Assembly: GCA_017472695.1 (NCBI GenBank)
Contig: JAFUOQ010000001.1
Span: 32,103-96,102 of the forward strand
Origin: Clostridia bacterium
Lineage (GTDB): Bacteria > Bacillota > Clostridia > Oscillospirales > CAG-272
DNA: 64,000 nucleotides
Direction: 5' to 3'
A model generated the notes under the pieces. That model saw nothing but the letters and a program-made list of their open reading frames with translations, did not search any database and had not been told where the DNA came from. Positions within the stretch are counted from its first letter, which is position 1, and each line of letters opens with the position of its first letter. Below are positions 49,366 through 59,569 of the stretch, in pieces. The position numbers were made by a program, and so were the translations under genes.

Positions 49366-51264
49366 ATGAAAAAGAAAATCTTTTTAACACTTGCAATAGT
49401 TATGGTTTTGACCTGTCTATTTGCAATTGCTGTAAGTGCTACAAGAGTAGAGAATTATGAAGATACCTTTACACTTGTAAACTCAAGCATGATTCAGCAT
49501 TATGAAAGACACTATTACAACGAAACCCAGTACCACAAAAAATATTACACGGATACAATCACTGTAGAGTTTATTGACGAAGATGGTAATAATCTTACAA
49601 CCGTTCCAATGTGGGAATATGACGTGGAAGAAGGCAGATACTACAGTCTTGTTTGGTATATCTCCGCTTTCGAATTCGGAAAAGAGACCGCAACCACGGT
49701 GATTTCTGATGTTGAATATACTTATGATAAGTACACATCAGCGGTTTACACTCTTTCAAAGGTAAGGGCTGTTGATATTCGTTATGACCATACTTATACT
49801 GAGAGCTGGTCATTCTCAACCTCAAGTGTTGGATATGATTACAACTACAAAGTAGAAAAGCCACTTTGGGGTATGTTCCTTGATGTGAACAACACACCTG
49901 ACAATAATGATGATGACTACGTTCTTCAAGCTTCAAGAGGAACAGGTAGAGATACTTCAGACTATGGATATATCGGTTGGGATGCCCAATTTGCAGCACA
50001 GGGCAACAAAATTGTAGTTGCAAACTTCCGTGACTGTGATTTTGATGCTGACTGCACAGGTAACTATGGAACGAAGAACACTTGGTCACTTGCTACAAAC
50101 CTCCAATGCCTATGGTATCCGGATACAGTTAAATACTTGTGTGGTGGTATCAATAGTGTATATGAGATTGATTTGGGCGATGGAATAGAGGTTATCGCAT
50201 GCCAAATTCTAAGAGACAACAAGCGAGTAAAGGAATTTGTAATTCCTAACTCTGTTCTTTTCCTAGGCAACGAGGCTTTCCGTGGCTCAGACCTTACAAA
50301 GCTTACAATTGGTGAGGGTTTAATTACTTGTCCAGACAATAATGCATTCCTATACACTGGTGGTGCTGATTATATTTATATACCTAAAAATATATTAAAC
50401 ACATATGTGGGGAATATAAGCTCATTGGTTGCAAACCATAATGCTACAATTTATTTTGACGGCAACCTTGAGGATGCTACTGCATTGATGGCAAAGATAA
50501 TTGAAAAAGACTCGGGGTATAACAATAAAATTACTCTTGTTGATTACAATGAAACTCAAGCAAGAGGCGACATTAAAAATATTTGCTTGTTCTACAACTA
50601 CAATAGATGTGATGCATTCTACCGTGGCTCGCATGACCTAATATCAGAGTCTGGTAACACATGCTCTGGCACTTGCTCAAGATGTGCAAAGTATGAGCTT
50701 CTTCCTAACCCAGTTCACACAGAAGAACTAAAGCTTGTGTTTGGTGAAGAAAAGCTTGCAACTGTAGATTTCTATGCCAATATGTCTGTTCTTCACTTAT
50801 GTAAATACTGTACAACTGAATTGGCAGATGCTGAAGCATTTAAGCCAATCTTTGTAAAGATGGGCTTTTCAGTATCCGAAGCTGATACAACTGCAATCTC
50901 TTTCAATGTAGCGGTTAACTATGATTCACTTGAAAAATATGAAGATGTAGCAAAAACAACAGTAAAATATGGACTTTTGGTAAGCGCAGTACCAACTTCA
51001 AGCCCAATTACCGGCATTGTAGATGGCAAGCCACAATTAGCTAGCAGCACTATCAATATCGCAATGCAAGGAACAACATATACAAAGTTCTCTGTTAAAA
51101 TTACAGGTATTCCTACAAACCAAACACTCAACTGCTGTGGTTACGTGGTGGAGGGTGAAAATGTAACATACCTCAATCACGCAACAGCAGATGCTGAAGC
51201 TGCAACAGTTTCACACGCAATCGCACTTCAACTCCAACAGGCTAGTGCTGATGCGCAAGAATAA
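49366..51264 (+). CDS. secreted BspA-type leucine-rich-repeat protein with Cys-rich and C-terminal beta-rich domains
   Basis: Signal peptide and Tyr-rich N-domain. LRR_5-like units include VKEFVIPNSVLFLGNEAFRGSDLTKLTIGEGL. A Cys-rich segment follows. No LPXTG or cell-wall-binding repeats were seen. Confidence 0.62.
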   Translation: MKKKIFLTLAIVMVLTCLFAIAVSATRVENYEDTFTLVNSSMIQHYERHYYNETQYHKKYYTDTITVEFIDEDGNNLTTVPMWEYDVEEGRYYSLVWYISAFEFGKETATTVISDVEYTYDKYTSAVYTLSKVRAVDIRYDHTYTESWSFSTSSVGYDYNYKVEKPLWGMFLDVNNTPDNNDDDYVLQASRGTGRDTSDYGYIGWDAQFAAQGNKIVVANFRDCDFDADCTGNYGTKNTWSLATNLQCLWYPDTVKYLCGGINSVYEIDLGDGIEVIACQILRDNKRVKEFVIPNSVLFLGNEAFRGSDLTKLTIGEGLITCPDNNAFLYTGGADYIYIPKNILNTYVGNISSLVANHNATIYFDGNLEDATALMAKIIEKDSGYNNKITLVDYNETQARGDIKNICLFYNYNRCDAFYRGSHDLISESGNTCSGTCSRCAKYELLPNPVHTEELKLVFGEEKLATVDFYANMSVLHLCKYCTTELADAEAFKPIFVKMGFSVSEADTTAISFNVAVNYDSLEKYEDVAKTTVKYGLLVSAVPTSSPITGIVDGKPQLASSTINIAMQGTTYTKFSVKITGIPTNQTLNCCGYVVEGENVTYLNHATADAEAATVSHAIALQLQQASADAQE

Positions 51265-51277
51265 AACTAATTAAAAT

Positions 51278-51309
51278 AAAAAAGAAACCGCACTCGCGGT
51301 TTCTTTTTT
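51278..51309 (+). terminator. intrinsic terminator after the LRR gene
   Basis: gaaaccgc-actc-gcggtttc stem between A6 and T6. Confidence 0.85.
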
Positions 51310-51377
51310 ACTTAATAACCACTAGTTAAAATAAACAAAAATGAATGTTGGTAATTGTGAAAAATGTAAAAAACAAA

Positions 51378-51440
51378 ATATGCAAATATTCAAATAAATA
51401 TGCATAAATATTCATAATTATTCATAGAATATGCAAAATC
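51378..51440. promoter_or_regulatory. array of ARG-box-like repeats (candidate ArgR/AhrC operators)
   Basis: The minus strand reads TGAATAATTATGAA, TGAATATTTATGCA and TGAATATTTGCATA. These are near matches to TGAAT-w4-ATTCA, upstream of the arg operon promoter. Confidence 0.5.
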
Positions 51441-51506
51441 AATAGCTAAAATTCAAAAAAATTACCTTATTTTATAAAAAAGATGAAAAAATATTTAAAA
51501 AAGTAC

Positions 51507-51535
51507 TTGACAAACGAAAGAATAGGTTATATAAT
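51507..51535 (+). promoter_or_regulatory. promoter of argGHCJBDF
   Basis: TTGACA, 17-nt spacer, TATAAT. Confidence 0.65.
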
Positions 51536-51548
51536 ACTGTCGTAAAAA

Positions 51549-51562
51549 TGAATAAACTTTCA
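51549..51562. promoter_or_regulatory. ARG-box-like site between promoter and RBS
   Basis: TGAATAAACTTTCA, one mismatch to TGAAT-w4-ATTCA. Confidence 0.45.
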
Positions 51563-51578
51563 CTTGGAGGAAACAAAA

Positions 51579-52808
51579 ATGGATAAGAAAAATATCAAAA
51601 AGGTAGTCCTTGCATATTCAGGAGGACTTGACACATCAATTATTATTCCTTGGTTAAAGGAAAACTACAATAATTGTGAGGTTATTGCAGTTTCTGGTAA
51701 CGTTGGACAAGCAGACGAGCTTGAGGGTCTTGAAGAAAAGGCTATCAAGACAGGCGCTTCAAAATGCTACATTGAGGACTTGACAGAGGAGTTCGTTGAC
51801 GACTATGTCATCCCAACTGTAAAGGCAGGCGCACTTTATGAGGAGTATATGCTCGGTACATCCTTTGCTCGCCCGGTTATTGCAAAGAGAATTGCAGAAA
51901 TCGCAATTGCTGAAGGCGCTGATGCGATTTGCCACGGTTGTACAGGTAAGGGTAATGACCAGGTTCGTTTCGAGCTTACAATTAAGTCATTCGCACCTGA
52001 CATGCCAATTATCGCTCCTTGGAGAGAATGGACAATCAAATCACGCGAGGAAGAAATCGAGTATGCAGAGGCACACAATGTTCCTCTTAAGATAAATCGT
52101 GAAACAAACTACTCAAAGGATAAGAACCTATGGCACTTAAGCCACGAGGGACTTGACCTTGAGGATGCAGGCAATGAGCCACTTTACGACAAGGAAGGCT
52201 TTCTTGAAATGGGTGTTTCCCCAACTAAGGCTCCAGATGTACCTACTTATGTTGAGCTTGACTTTGTTAAGGGTGTTCCTGTTGCAATCGATGGCAAAAA
52301 AATGAGCGCAAAGGAAATCATTCTAAAGCTCAACAAACTCGGAGGGGATAACGGTATAGGACTTCTTGACATTGTTGAAAACCGTCTTGTTGGTATGAAA
52401 TGCCGTGGCGTATACGAAACTCCTGGTGGAGCTATCTTGTACGCAGCTCACAATTATCTTGAAACAATTTGTCTTGACAAAATGACAATGCATGAAAAGC
52501 AAAAGCTTTCAATCACATTTGCAGAGCTCGTTTATAACGGCCAATGGTTCACTCCACTTCGTGAGGCTCTTTCTGCATTCGTTGACAAGACTCAAGAAAA
52601 TGTTACAGGTAAGGTAAGAATGAAGCTCTACAAGGGCAACATCATTAAGGCTGGTGTATGGAGCGATTATTCACTTTATTCAGAGGAAATCGCTACATTC
52701 GGCGAGGACAATGTTTACAATCAAGCAGATAGCGCTGGATTTATCAACCTCTTTGGCTTGCCAATCAAGGTTCAAGCGCAAGTAAAAGCAAAAAATAACA
52801 AGAAATAA
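51579..52808 (+). CDS. argG: argininosuccinate synthase
   Basis: [14 protein letters not shown]-loop. 409 aa. ATG 51579 lies 8 nt after GGAGG. Confidence 0.95.
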   Translation: MDKKNIKKVVLAYSGGLDTSIIIPWLKENYNNCEVIAVSGNVGQADELEGLEEKAIKTGASKCYIEDLTEEFVDDYVIPTVKAGALYEEYMLGTSFARPVIAKRIAEIAIAEGADAICHGCTGKGNDQVRFELTIKSFAPDMPIIAPWREWTIKSREEEIEYAEAHNVPLKINRETNYSKDKNLWHLSHEGLDLEDAGNEPLYDKEGFLEMGVSPTKAPDVPTYVELDFVKGVPVAIDGKKMSAKEIILKLNKLGGDNGIGLLDIVENRLVGMKCRGVYETPGGAILYAAHNYLETICLDKMTMHEKQKLSITFAELVYNGQWFTPLREALSAFVDKTQENVTGKVRMKLYKGNIIKAGVWSDYSLYSEEIATFGEDNVYNQADSAGFINLFGLPIKVQAQVKAKNNKK

Positions 52809-52927
52809 TTATATCCTTCCCTAAGCAGGGAAAGGTGGACCGCTTGCGGTGGATGAGGATGCTTTTTTTGAGAAATCCCGTTCACCGCAAAAAGTGTTTT
52901 AATATACGCGCGCGAAAGGACGAAATT

Positions 52928-54301
52928 ATGGACAAAATGTGGGCAGGAAGATTTGAAAAGGCACTTGATAAGCAAGCCGACGACTTTAACTCTTCCATTC
53001 ATTTCGATAAAAAGATGTACAAGGAGGACATTAAGGGCTCAATCGAGCATGCACTTATGCTTTCCTCAGTTGGCATTATCACAAAAGAAGAATATCTACA
53101 AATTGCAGATGGCCTTAACTCTATTTTGGACGATTTGAATAGTGGAGCTCTTGCATTTGACGAGAATGCAGAGGACATCCACATGTTCAACGAGGCAGAG
53201 CTCACAAAAAGAATAGGTGATACTGGTAAAAAGCTTCATACAGCAAGAAGTAGAAATGACCAAGTGGCGCTCGACCTTCGTCTTTATATGCGCAACCAGA
53301 CAAATGACATTATTGCTCTATTAAAGGAGCTAATTAAGGTGACAAGGGACAAGGCAGAAGAAAATCAAAACGCAATTATGCCTGGCTACACTCACCTTCA
53401 AAGAGCGCAACCTGTTACCTTTGCGCACCATCTTCTAGCTTACTGCATGATGCTTATGCGTGATGTAACAAGACTTGAGGATGCTCTTACAAGAATGAAC
53501 TATTCACCCCTTGGCTCTTGTGCCTTGGCTGGTACAACATACCCAACAGATCGTGATATGGTTGCAAAAAACCTAGGCTTTGATGGTGTATGTATGAACT
53601 CCATTGATGGCGTTTCCGACCGTGATTATTGCATTGAGCTTGAAAGCGCATTTTCAACCATTATGATGCACCTTTCTCGCTTCTCGGAGGAGATCATTCT
53701 TTGGTCAAGCTGGGAGTTCAAATTCGTGGAGCTTGATGACTCCTATACAACAGGCTCATCAATTATGCCGCAAAAGAAAAACCCAGATATGGCAGAGCTT
53801 GTTCGTGGAAAAACAGGCAGAGTTTACGGTGACCTTATGGCTACACTTACAATGTTAAAGGGTATTCCACTTGCATATAACAAGGATATGCAGGAGGACA
53901 AGGAGGCAATCTTTGACGCTACCGAAACAGTAATTAAATGCCTAGGCGTGTTTATTCCAATGATAAAGACAATGACTCCAATTAAGGAGAATATGTATCA
54001 AGCAGCAGGCAAGGGCTTTATAAACGCAACAGACCTAGCTGACTACCTCACCAAAAAGGGTATGCCATTTAGAAGTGCATACAAGATCGTTGGCACAATA
54101 GTTGGTGAGTGCATTAAAAAGAATATTACTCTTGACCAAATGACACTTGAGGAATACAAAGCACATTCCGAAATATTTGAAAATGACCTTTATGGCGAAA
54201 TCTCTCTTGAGACTTGCGTTGCAAAGCGTATATCAAAGGGCTCAACAGGATATGCAAGTGTTAAGGAACAGCTTGAGTATGTAACGGAGTTTTTGAAATG
54301 A
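52928..54301 (+). CDS. argH: argininosuccinate lyase
   Basis: MWAGRF N-terminus and fumarate-lyase signature GSSIMPQKKNPD. The track start at 52835 is an upstream extension. Confidence 0.95.
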   Translation: MDKMWAGRFEKALDKQADDFNSSIHFDKKMYKEDIKGSIEHALMLSSVGIITKEEYLQIADGLNSILDDLNSGALAFDENAEDIHMFNEAELTKRIGDTGKKLHTARSRNDQVALDLRLYMRNQTNDIIALLKELIKVTRDKAEENQNAIMPGYTHLQRAQPVTFAHHLLAYCMMLMRDVTRLEDALTRMNYSPLGSCALAGTTYPTDRDMVAKNLGFDGVCMNSIDGVSDRDYCIELESAFSTIMMHLSRFSEEIILWSSWEFKFVELDDSYTTGSSIMPQKKNPDMAELVRGKTGRVYGDLMATLTMLKGIPLAYNKDMQEDKEAIFDATETVIKCLGVFIPMIKTMTPIKENMYQAAGKGFINATDLADYLTKKGMPFRSAYKIVGTIVGECIKKNITLDQMTLEEYKAHSEIFENDLYGEISLETCVAKRISKGSTGYASVKEQLEYVTEFLK

Positions 54302-55230
54302 AGAAGATATTTATAGACGGAAAGGTGGGCACAACAGGTCTTCGCATAGAGGAGCGCCTTTCAGCTCGTGATGATATAGAAATAGTAACCTTGCCGGACG
54401 AATTAAGAAAGGACCCTGTGGCTAAAAAAGAGGTTCTAAATTCGGTTGACATAGCCTTTCTTTGCTTGCCAGACCAAGCGGCTATTGAGGCGGTTTCTAT
54501 GATAGAAAATCCAAATGTTTGTGTAATTGACACCTCAACCGCGCATAGAACAAATCCTGATTGGGCATACGGCTTTGCCGAGCTTGGCGCAGAGTTTGAA
54601 GAAAAAATAAAAAATAGTAAGCGCATTGCAGTTCCGGGCTGTCACGCAAGTGGATTTATCGCACTTGTTCATCCACTAATCAAGGCTGAAATTTTGCCAG
54701 AGAATGCGCTCTTAACTGCTCATTCCTTGACAGGCTATAGTGGTGGCGGCAAGAAAATGATTGCCGATTACCAAGACGAAAGCAGATGCGAGCTATTAAA
54801 CGGTCCAAGACAATATGCACTTGCTCAAAAGCATAAGCATATTCCTGAAATGACAAAAATTACAGGTCTAACAAATGCACCTGTTTTCTGCCCAATAGTT
54901 GGAGATTTTTACTCAGGTATGGAGGTCACAATTCCTCTATTTAAGAGCCAGCTTATAAATGGTGGAAACATTGAAAAAATTAAAGAAATATATAAAAATA
55001 CATACACAGGTCCACTAGTTTCTTATAACGAAGCAAACGACGAGGAGGGATTTTTGTCCTCTGTTCGCTATCAAAATAAGGACTCAATGTCTGTTGAGGT
55101 GTATGGTAACGACGATAGAATCATTCTCGTTGCAAGATATGATAATTTGGGCAAGGGTGCATCTGGTGCCGCTGTTGAGTGCTTAAATATCGTTCTTGGT
55201 GAGGATAAAACAAAAACACTCGTAATTTAA
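54298..55230 (+). CDS. argC: N-acetyl-gamma-glutamyl-phosphate reductase (short type)
   Basis: 310 aa with Rossmann N-terminus FIDGKVGTTG and catalytic Cys context VPGCHASG. The start overlaps the argH stop. Confidence 0.86.
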   Translation: MKKIFIDGKVGTTGLRIEERLSARDDIEIVTLPDELRKDPVAKKEVLNSVDIAFLCLPDQAAIEAVSMIENPNVCVIDTSTAHRTNPDWAYGFAELGAEFEEKIKNSKRIAVPGCHASGFIALVHPLIKAEILPENALLTAHSLTGYSGGGKKMIADYQDESRCELLNGPRQYALAQKHKHIPEMTKITGLTNAPVFCPIVGDFYSGMEVTIPLFKSQLINGGNIEKIKEIYKNTYTGPLVSYNEANDEEGFLSSVRYQNKDSMSVEVYGNDDRIILVARYDNLGKGASGAAVECLNIVLGEDKTKTLVI

Positions 55231-55242
55231 GGGGTTAAGCAA

Positions 55243-56457
55243 ATGAAAATTATTAATGGTGGAGTATGTGCAGCTAATGGCTTTTTAGCAAATGGTATTC
55301 ATTCTGGCATTCGTAAGAATAAGTCTAAAAAGGATTTAGCACTTATTTATTCGGAGAAAAAGGCGACCTGCGCATCAGTATATACAACAAATAAGGTTAA
55401 GGGCGCACCCTTGACAGTTACAAAGAATAATATAAGTGATGGATATGCTCAAGCAGTGATTTGTAATAGTGGCAACGCAAATACATGCAATGCAAACGGC
55501 ATTGAAATAGCAACACAAATGTGTGAGCTATTGGGCAACGAGCTTAATATAGCACCAACAGATGTAGTAGTTGCATCAACAGGTGTTATTGGCCAACCAC
55601 TTGATATTACACCTATTGCAAATGGTATACCTGCTCTTGTTAAGGGACTCGGTAAAGAGAATAGCCAAGATGCAGCAGAGGGTATTATGACAACCGATAC
55701 AAGACTCAAGGAGATTGCAATCAGCTTTACAGTTGGGGGCAAGGAGTGCAAAATCGGTGGCATTGCAAAGGGCTCTGGTATGATCCATCCTAATATGGCA
55801 ACAATGCTCGTGTTTATCACAACTGACTGTAGTATCAGTGCAAAAATGCTTGGGAAGGCACTCTCGACAGATATTCAAAGTACCTTTAATATGGTTAGCG
55901 TTGATGGAGATACCTCAACTAACGATATGGTGACAATCCTAGCAAATGGTATGGCAGGAAACGAGGAAATCACACAAGATGGTGAGGATTTTCAAGCATT
56001 TATGAAGGCATTAAATACTCTTACTATCTATCTCTGTCGTAAAATTGCAGGAGATGGTGAGGGCGCAACAAAGCTTCTTGAATGTACAGTTGATGGTGCA
56101 AAGGACGAAGCAACTGCAAAGATTATTGCAAAAAGTGTAATCTGCTCATCACTTGTTAAGAGTGCGATGTTCGGCTCTGATGCAAACTGGGGACGCGTGC
56201 TTTGTGCAATTGGCTATAGTGGTGCAGATGTTGATGTTAACAAGGTTTTTGTTTCGTTCGTATCAAACAAGGGCGAAATCAGTGTTTGCAAAAACGGAGC
56301 AGGAGTTGACTTCTCCGAGGAAAAGGCAAAGGAGATACTTCTCGAGGACGAAATTACAATTAAAATCACACTCGGAGATGGTAATGGTAAGGCTACCGCA
56401 TGGGGCTGTGATTTGACATATGATTATGTAAAAATTAACGGAGATTATAGAACATAA
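55243..56457 (+). CDS. argJ: bifunctional ornithine acetyltransferase / N-acetylglutamate synthase
   Basis: Autoprocessing site motif HPNMATMLVF and C-terminal DLTYDYVKINGDYRT. Confidence 0.92.
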   Translation: MKIINGGVCAANGFLANGIHSGIRKNKSKKDLALIYSEKKATCASVYTTNKVKGAPLTVTKNNISDGYAQAVICNSGNANTCNANGIEIATQMCELLGNELNIAPTDVVVASTGVIGQPLDITPIANGIPALVKGLGKENSQDAAEGIMTTDTRLKEIAISFTVGGKECKIGGIAKGSGMIHPNMATMLVFITTDCSISAKMLGKALSTDIQSTFNMVSVDGDTSTNDMVTILANGMAGNEEITQDGEDFQAFMKALNTLTIYLCRKIAGDGEGATKLLECTVDGAKDEATAKIIAKSVICSSLVKSAMFGSDANWGRVLCAIGYSGADVDVNKVFVSFVSNKGEISVCKNGAGVDFSEEKAKEILLEDEITIKITLGDGNGKATAWGCDLTYDYVKINGDYRT

Positions 56458-57350
56458 TGGAATATACAACACCAATTAAGCTAACAAATGCACAAAGAGC
56501 AGAGGTTTTAACTCAAGCGCTCCCTTATATTCAAAAGTACTACAACAAAAAGGTAGTAGTTAAATATGGCGGAAACGCAATGATTAACGAACAGCTTAAA
56601 GAGCAGGTAATGGAGGACATAGTTCTTTTGCACCTTATCGGCGTTAAGGTCGTTTTGGTTCACGGCGGTGGCCCTGAAATTACTGAAACTCTTAAAAGAA
56701 TAGGCAAAGAGTCCGTTTTCTGTGATGGACTACGTGTAACAGATAAGGAAACTGCTGATGTTGTTCAAATGGTTCTTGCTGGCAAAATCAATAAGTCACT
56801 TGTTAATATGCTTGAAATCAGCGGTGGTAAATCTATCGGTATTTCTGGTCTTGACGGACATATGATTAAGGCAGAAATGAAGGACGAGCGTCTTGGCTTT
56901 GTAGGTAAGATTACCGAGGTTGACGTTACACCTATAAATGACCTTCTTGAAAAGGGCTATATCCCTGTTGTATCAACTATTGGATGCGACGATAATGGTA
57001 ATGTGTACAATATTAACGCTGATACAGCTGCTGCATTTATTGCAGGCGAGATGGAGGCTGAAAGACTTATAACTATGACCGACATAGAGGGGATTTTAAG
57101 GGACAAGGACGACCGCTCTAGCATCATTCCTTGTATGGATATTAAAATGGCTGCAGAGCTCTTTGAAAACGGTATAATCAGTGGTGGCATGATTCCAAAG
57201 GTTGAGTGCTGTATTGATGCAATCCACAAGGGCGTAAAAAAGGTTACAATTCTTGACGGACGAGTACCACACGCACTTCTTATTGAAACCTTGACAAATG
57301 AAGGAGCTGGCACTATGGTAGTGGCAGATATGAATGATGAAGAGCTTTAA
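56457..57350 (+). CDS. argB: acetylglutamate kinase
   Basis: VVKYGGNAM and VLVHGGGP motifs of the amino-acid kinase family. Confidence 0.93.
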   Translation: MEYTTPIKLTNAQRAEVLTQALPYIQKYYNKKVVVKYGGNAMINEQLKEQVMEDIVLLHLIGVKVVLVHGGGPEITETLKRIGKESVFCDGLRVTDKETADVVQMVLAGKINKSLVNMLEISGGKSIGISGLDGHMIKAEMKDERLGFVGKITEVDVTPINDLLEKGYIPVVSTIGCDDNGNVYNINADTAAAFIAGEMEAERLITMTDIEGILRDKDDRSSIIPCMDIKMAAELFENGIISGGMIPKVECCIDAIHKGVKKVTILDGRVPHALLIETLTNEGAGTMVVADMNDEEL

Positions 57351-58509
57351 AAACGAGGACAAAGAATATATTGCCAACACGTATGCGCGCTTTGATTTGG
57401 AAATTTCACATGGTAAGGGCGCATATGTCTACGATATAAATGGACGTGAATACATAGACCTTGCTAGTGGCATCGCAGCTAATACGCTAGGCATGGCAGA
57501 TGATGAATGGGTAGAGGCGGTTCACGCACAATTAAAAAAGTGTCAACACACCTCAAATTTGTATTATTCCGAGCCCTGTGTACGACTTGCAGAGATTTTA
57601 TGCAAGCGCACAGGAGCAAAAAAAGTCTTTTTTGGCAACTCTGGTGCTGAAGCAAATGAGTGTGCAATAAAGGTTGCAAGGCTTTGGGGCACAGAAAACA
57701 AGGGCGAAGAATACTACAATATAATTACACTAAAAAATAGCTTTCATGGTAGAACTATTACTACCTTGGCAGCAACTGGACAGGATGTATTCCATAAATA
57801 CTTTACACCTTTGACCCAGGGCTTCCTCTATGGCGAGGCAAACAACCTTGAAAGCATTGAGGCACTTTTAAAAGAAAATAAATGCTGTGCAGTTATGATG
57901 GAGCTTGTTCAAGGTGAGGGCGGAGTTTTGGCTCTCAACCGTGATTTTGTCCTGGGAGTGTCTGAATTGTGCCAAAAATATAATGTGCTTTTAGTGCTTG
58001 ATGAGGTGCAAACAGGTAATGGTAGAAGTGGTGAGCTATATGCATATCAATGCTACGGAATTGAGCCTGATGTTGTATCAACAGCAAAGGGACTTGGTGG
58101 TGGACTTCCTATAGGCGCTTGTATGATGTTTGAAAAAACAAAAGATACCTTAAAGCCATCACTTCATGGCTCTACATTTGGTGGCAATCCAATAGCTTGT
58201 GCTTCGGCTGTTCATATTTTGAATAGGATTGATGACAAGCTACTTAATGAGGTTAAAGAGAAATCTGCTTATATATTCAACACCCTGAATGGCGCTGACG
58301 GAATAGAGTCTGTTAGTGGCTTGGGACTTATGATCGGCATAAAAACAACTGGAGATGTGTCTGTAATTCTACAAAAATGCATGGAAAAAGGCATACTCCC
58401 AATTAAAGCAAAAAACAAATTAAGATTGCTACCTGCCCTTAATATTCCAATGGAGCTTTTGGTTAAAGCTGTTGAAATAATTAAACAGGTTGCGAGTGAA
58501 AACAAGTAG
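57334..58509 (+). CDS. argD: acetylornithine aminotransferase
   Basis: Class III aminotransferase motifs FGNSGAEANE, DEVQTG and STAKGLGGGLPIG. It sits within the arg operon. Confidence 0.9.
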   Translation: MMKSFKNEDKEYIANTYARFDLEISHGKGAYVYDINGREYIDLASGIAANTLGMADDEWVEAVHAQLKKCQHTSNLYYSEPCVRLAEILCKRTGAKKVFFGNSGAEANECAIKVARLWGTENKGEEYYNIITLKNSFHGRTITTLAATGQDVFHKYFTPLTQGFLYGEANNLESIEALLKENKCCAVMMELVQGEGGVLALNRDFVLGVSELCQKYNVLLVLDEVQTGNGRSGELYAYQCYGIEPDVVSTAKGLGGGLPIGACMMFEKTKDTLKPSLHGSTFGGNPIACASAVHILNRIDDKLLNEVKEKSAYIFNTLNGADGIESVSGLGLMIGIKTTGDVSVILQKCMEKGILPIKAKNKLRLLPALNIPMELLVKAVEIIKQVASENK

Positions 58510-58518
58510 AGGTTTATA

Positions 58519-59505
58519 ATGAATTTAAAGGGAAAAGATTTTTTAAAGCTTCTTGATTTTACCCCCGAGGAAATCGGTGGTCTTATTGATTTAGCAATTG
58601 AATTAAAGGCTAAAAAGAAAAATGGGATTCCTCACGAGCATCTAAAGGGCAAAAATATTGCACTTATTTTTGAGAAAACAAGCACTCGTACAAGATGTAG
58701 CTTTGAGGTGGCGGCTCACGACCTTGGCATGGGAGTTACTTACCTTGATCCAACAGGCTCTCAAATAGGTAAAAAGGAGTCAATTGCAGACACTGCCCGC
58801 GTCCTTTCTTCAATTTATGATGGAATAGAGTATCGTGGCTATGGACAAGAAATCGTTGAGGAATTGGCAAAGTATTCCAAGGTTCCCGTATGGAACGGAC
58901 TTACAAATGAGTTTCATCCAACACAAATTCTTGCTGACTTTATGACAATTAAAGAGCATTTTGGAAAATTAAAGGGCATAAAGCTCGTTTATATGGGTGA
59001 TGCTCGTTATAATATGGGTAACTCACTAATGGTTGGCGCAGCTAAGATGGGACTTGATTTTGTTGCTTGCGCACCAAAGAAATACTTTCCAGAGGCTGAA
59101 TTGTTTCAAAAATGCCAAGAAATTGCTAAACAAACAGGTGCAACCATCACTCTTGAAGAAAACCCAAAAATCGCCACAGAAGGCGCTGATGTTATCTATA
59201 CAGACGTATGGGTTTCAATGGGTGAGCCAACAGAGGTATGGCAAGAAAGAATCAATGACCTATCAGCTTATCAAGTAAATAAAGCTCTTATGCAAAACGC
59301 AAAGAAAAGTGCTGTATTTATGCATTGCCTCCCAGCCTTTCACGATATGAAAACAGTTATCGGCAAGGAAATGGGCGAAAGGTTTGGCAGAACAGAAATG
59401 GAAGTTACCGACGATGTGTTTGAAAGTAAGCAGTCTATTGTTTTCCAAGAGGCGGAAAACAGGATGCATACTATTAAATCAGTAATTTTAGCAACACTAA
59501 AATAA
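58519..59505 (+). CDS. argF: ornithine carbamoyltransferase
   Basis: STRTR, HPTQ and HCLP motifs. It is the last gene of the arg operon. Confidence 0.92.
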   Translation: MNLKGKDFLKLLDFTPEEIGGLIDLAIELKAKKKNGIPHEHLKGKNIALIFEKTSTRTRCSFEVAAHDLGMGVTYLDPTGSQIGKKESIADTARVLSSIYDGIEYRGYGQEIVEELAKYSKVPVWNGLTNEFHPTQILADFMTIKEHFGKLKGIKLVYMGDARYNMGNSLMVGAAKMGLDFVACAPKKYFPEAELFQKCQEIAKQTGATITLEENPKIATEGADVIYTDVWVSMGEPTEVWQERINDLSAYQVNKALMQNAKKSAVFMHCLPAFHDMKTVIGKEMGERFGRTEMEVTDDVFESKQSIVFQEAENRMHTIKSVILATLK

Positions 59506-59507
59506 TC

Positions 59508-59534
59508 AAAAAGGAGGCATTTGCCTCCTTTTTT
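59508..59534 (+). terminator. intrinsic terminator of the arg operon
   Basis: aggaggca/tgcctcct stem between A5 and T6. Confidence 0.85.
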
Positions 59535-59541
59535 GATATAT

Positions 59542-59567
59542 AAAAGCCGTCTATTGGACGGCTTTCT
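59542..59567 (-). terminator. terminator for the convergent membrane-protein pair
   Basis: agccgtc/gacggct stem. The minus strand continues with a short TTTTA tail. Confidence 0.6.
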
Positions 59568-59569
59568 TG

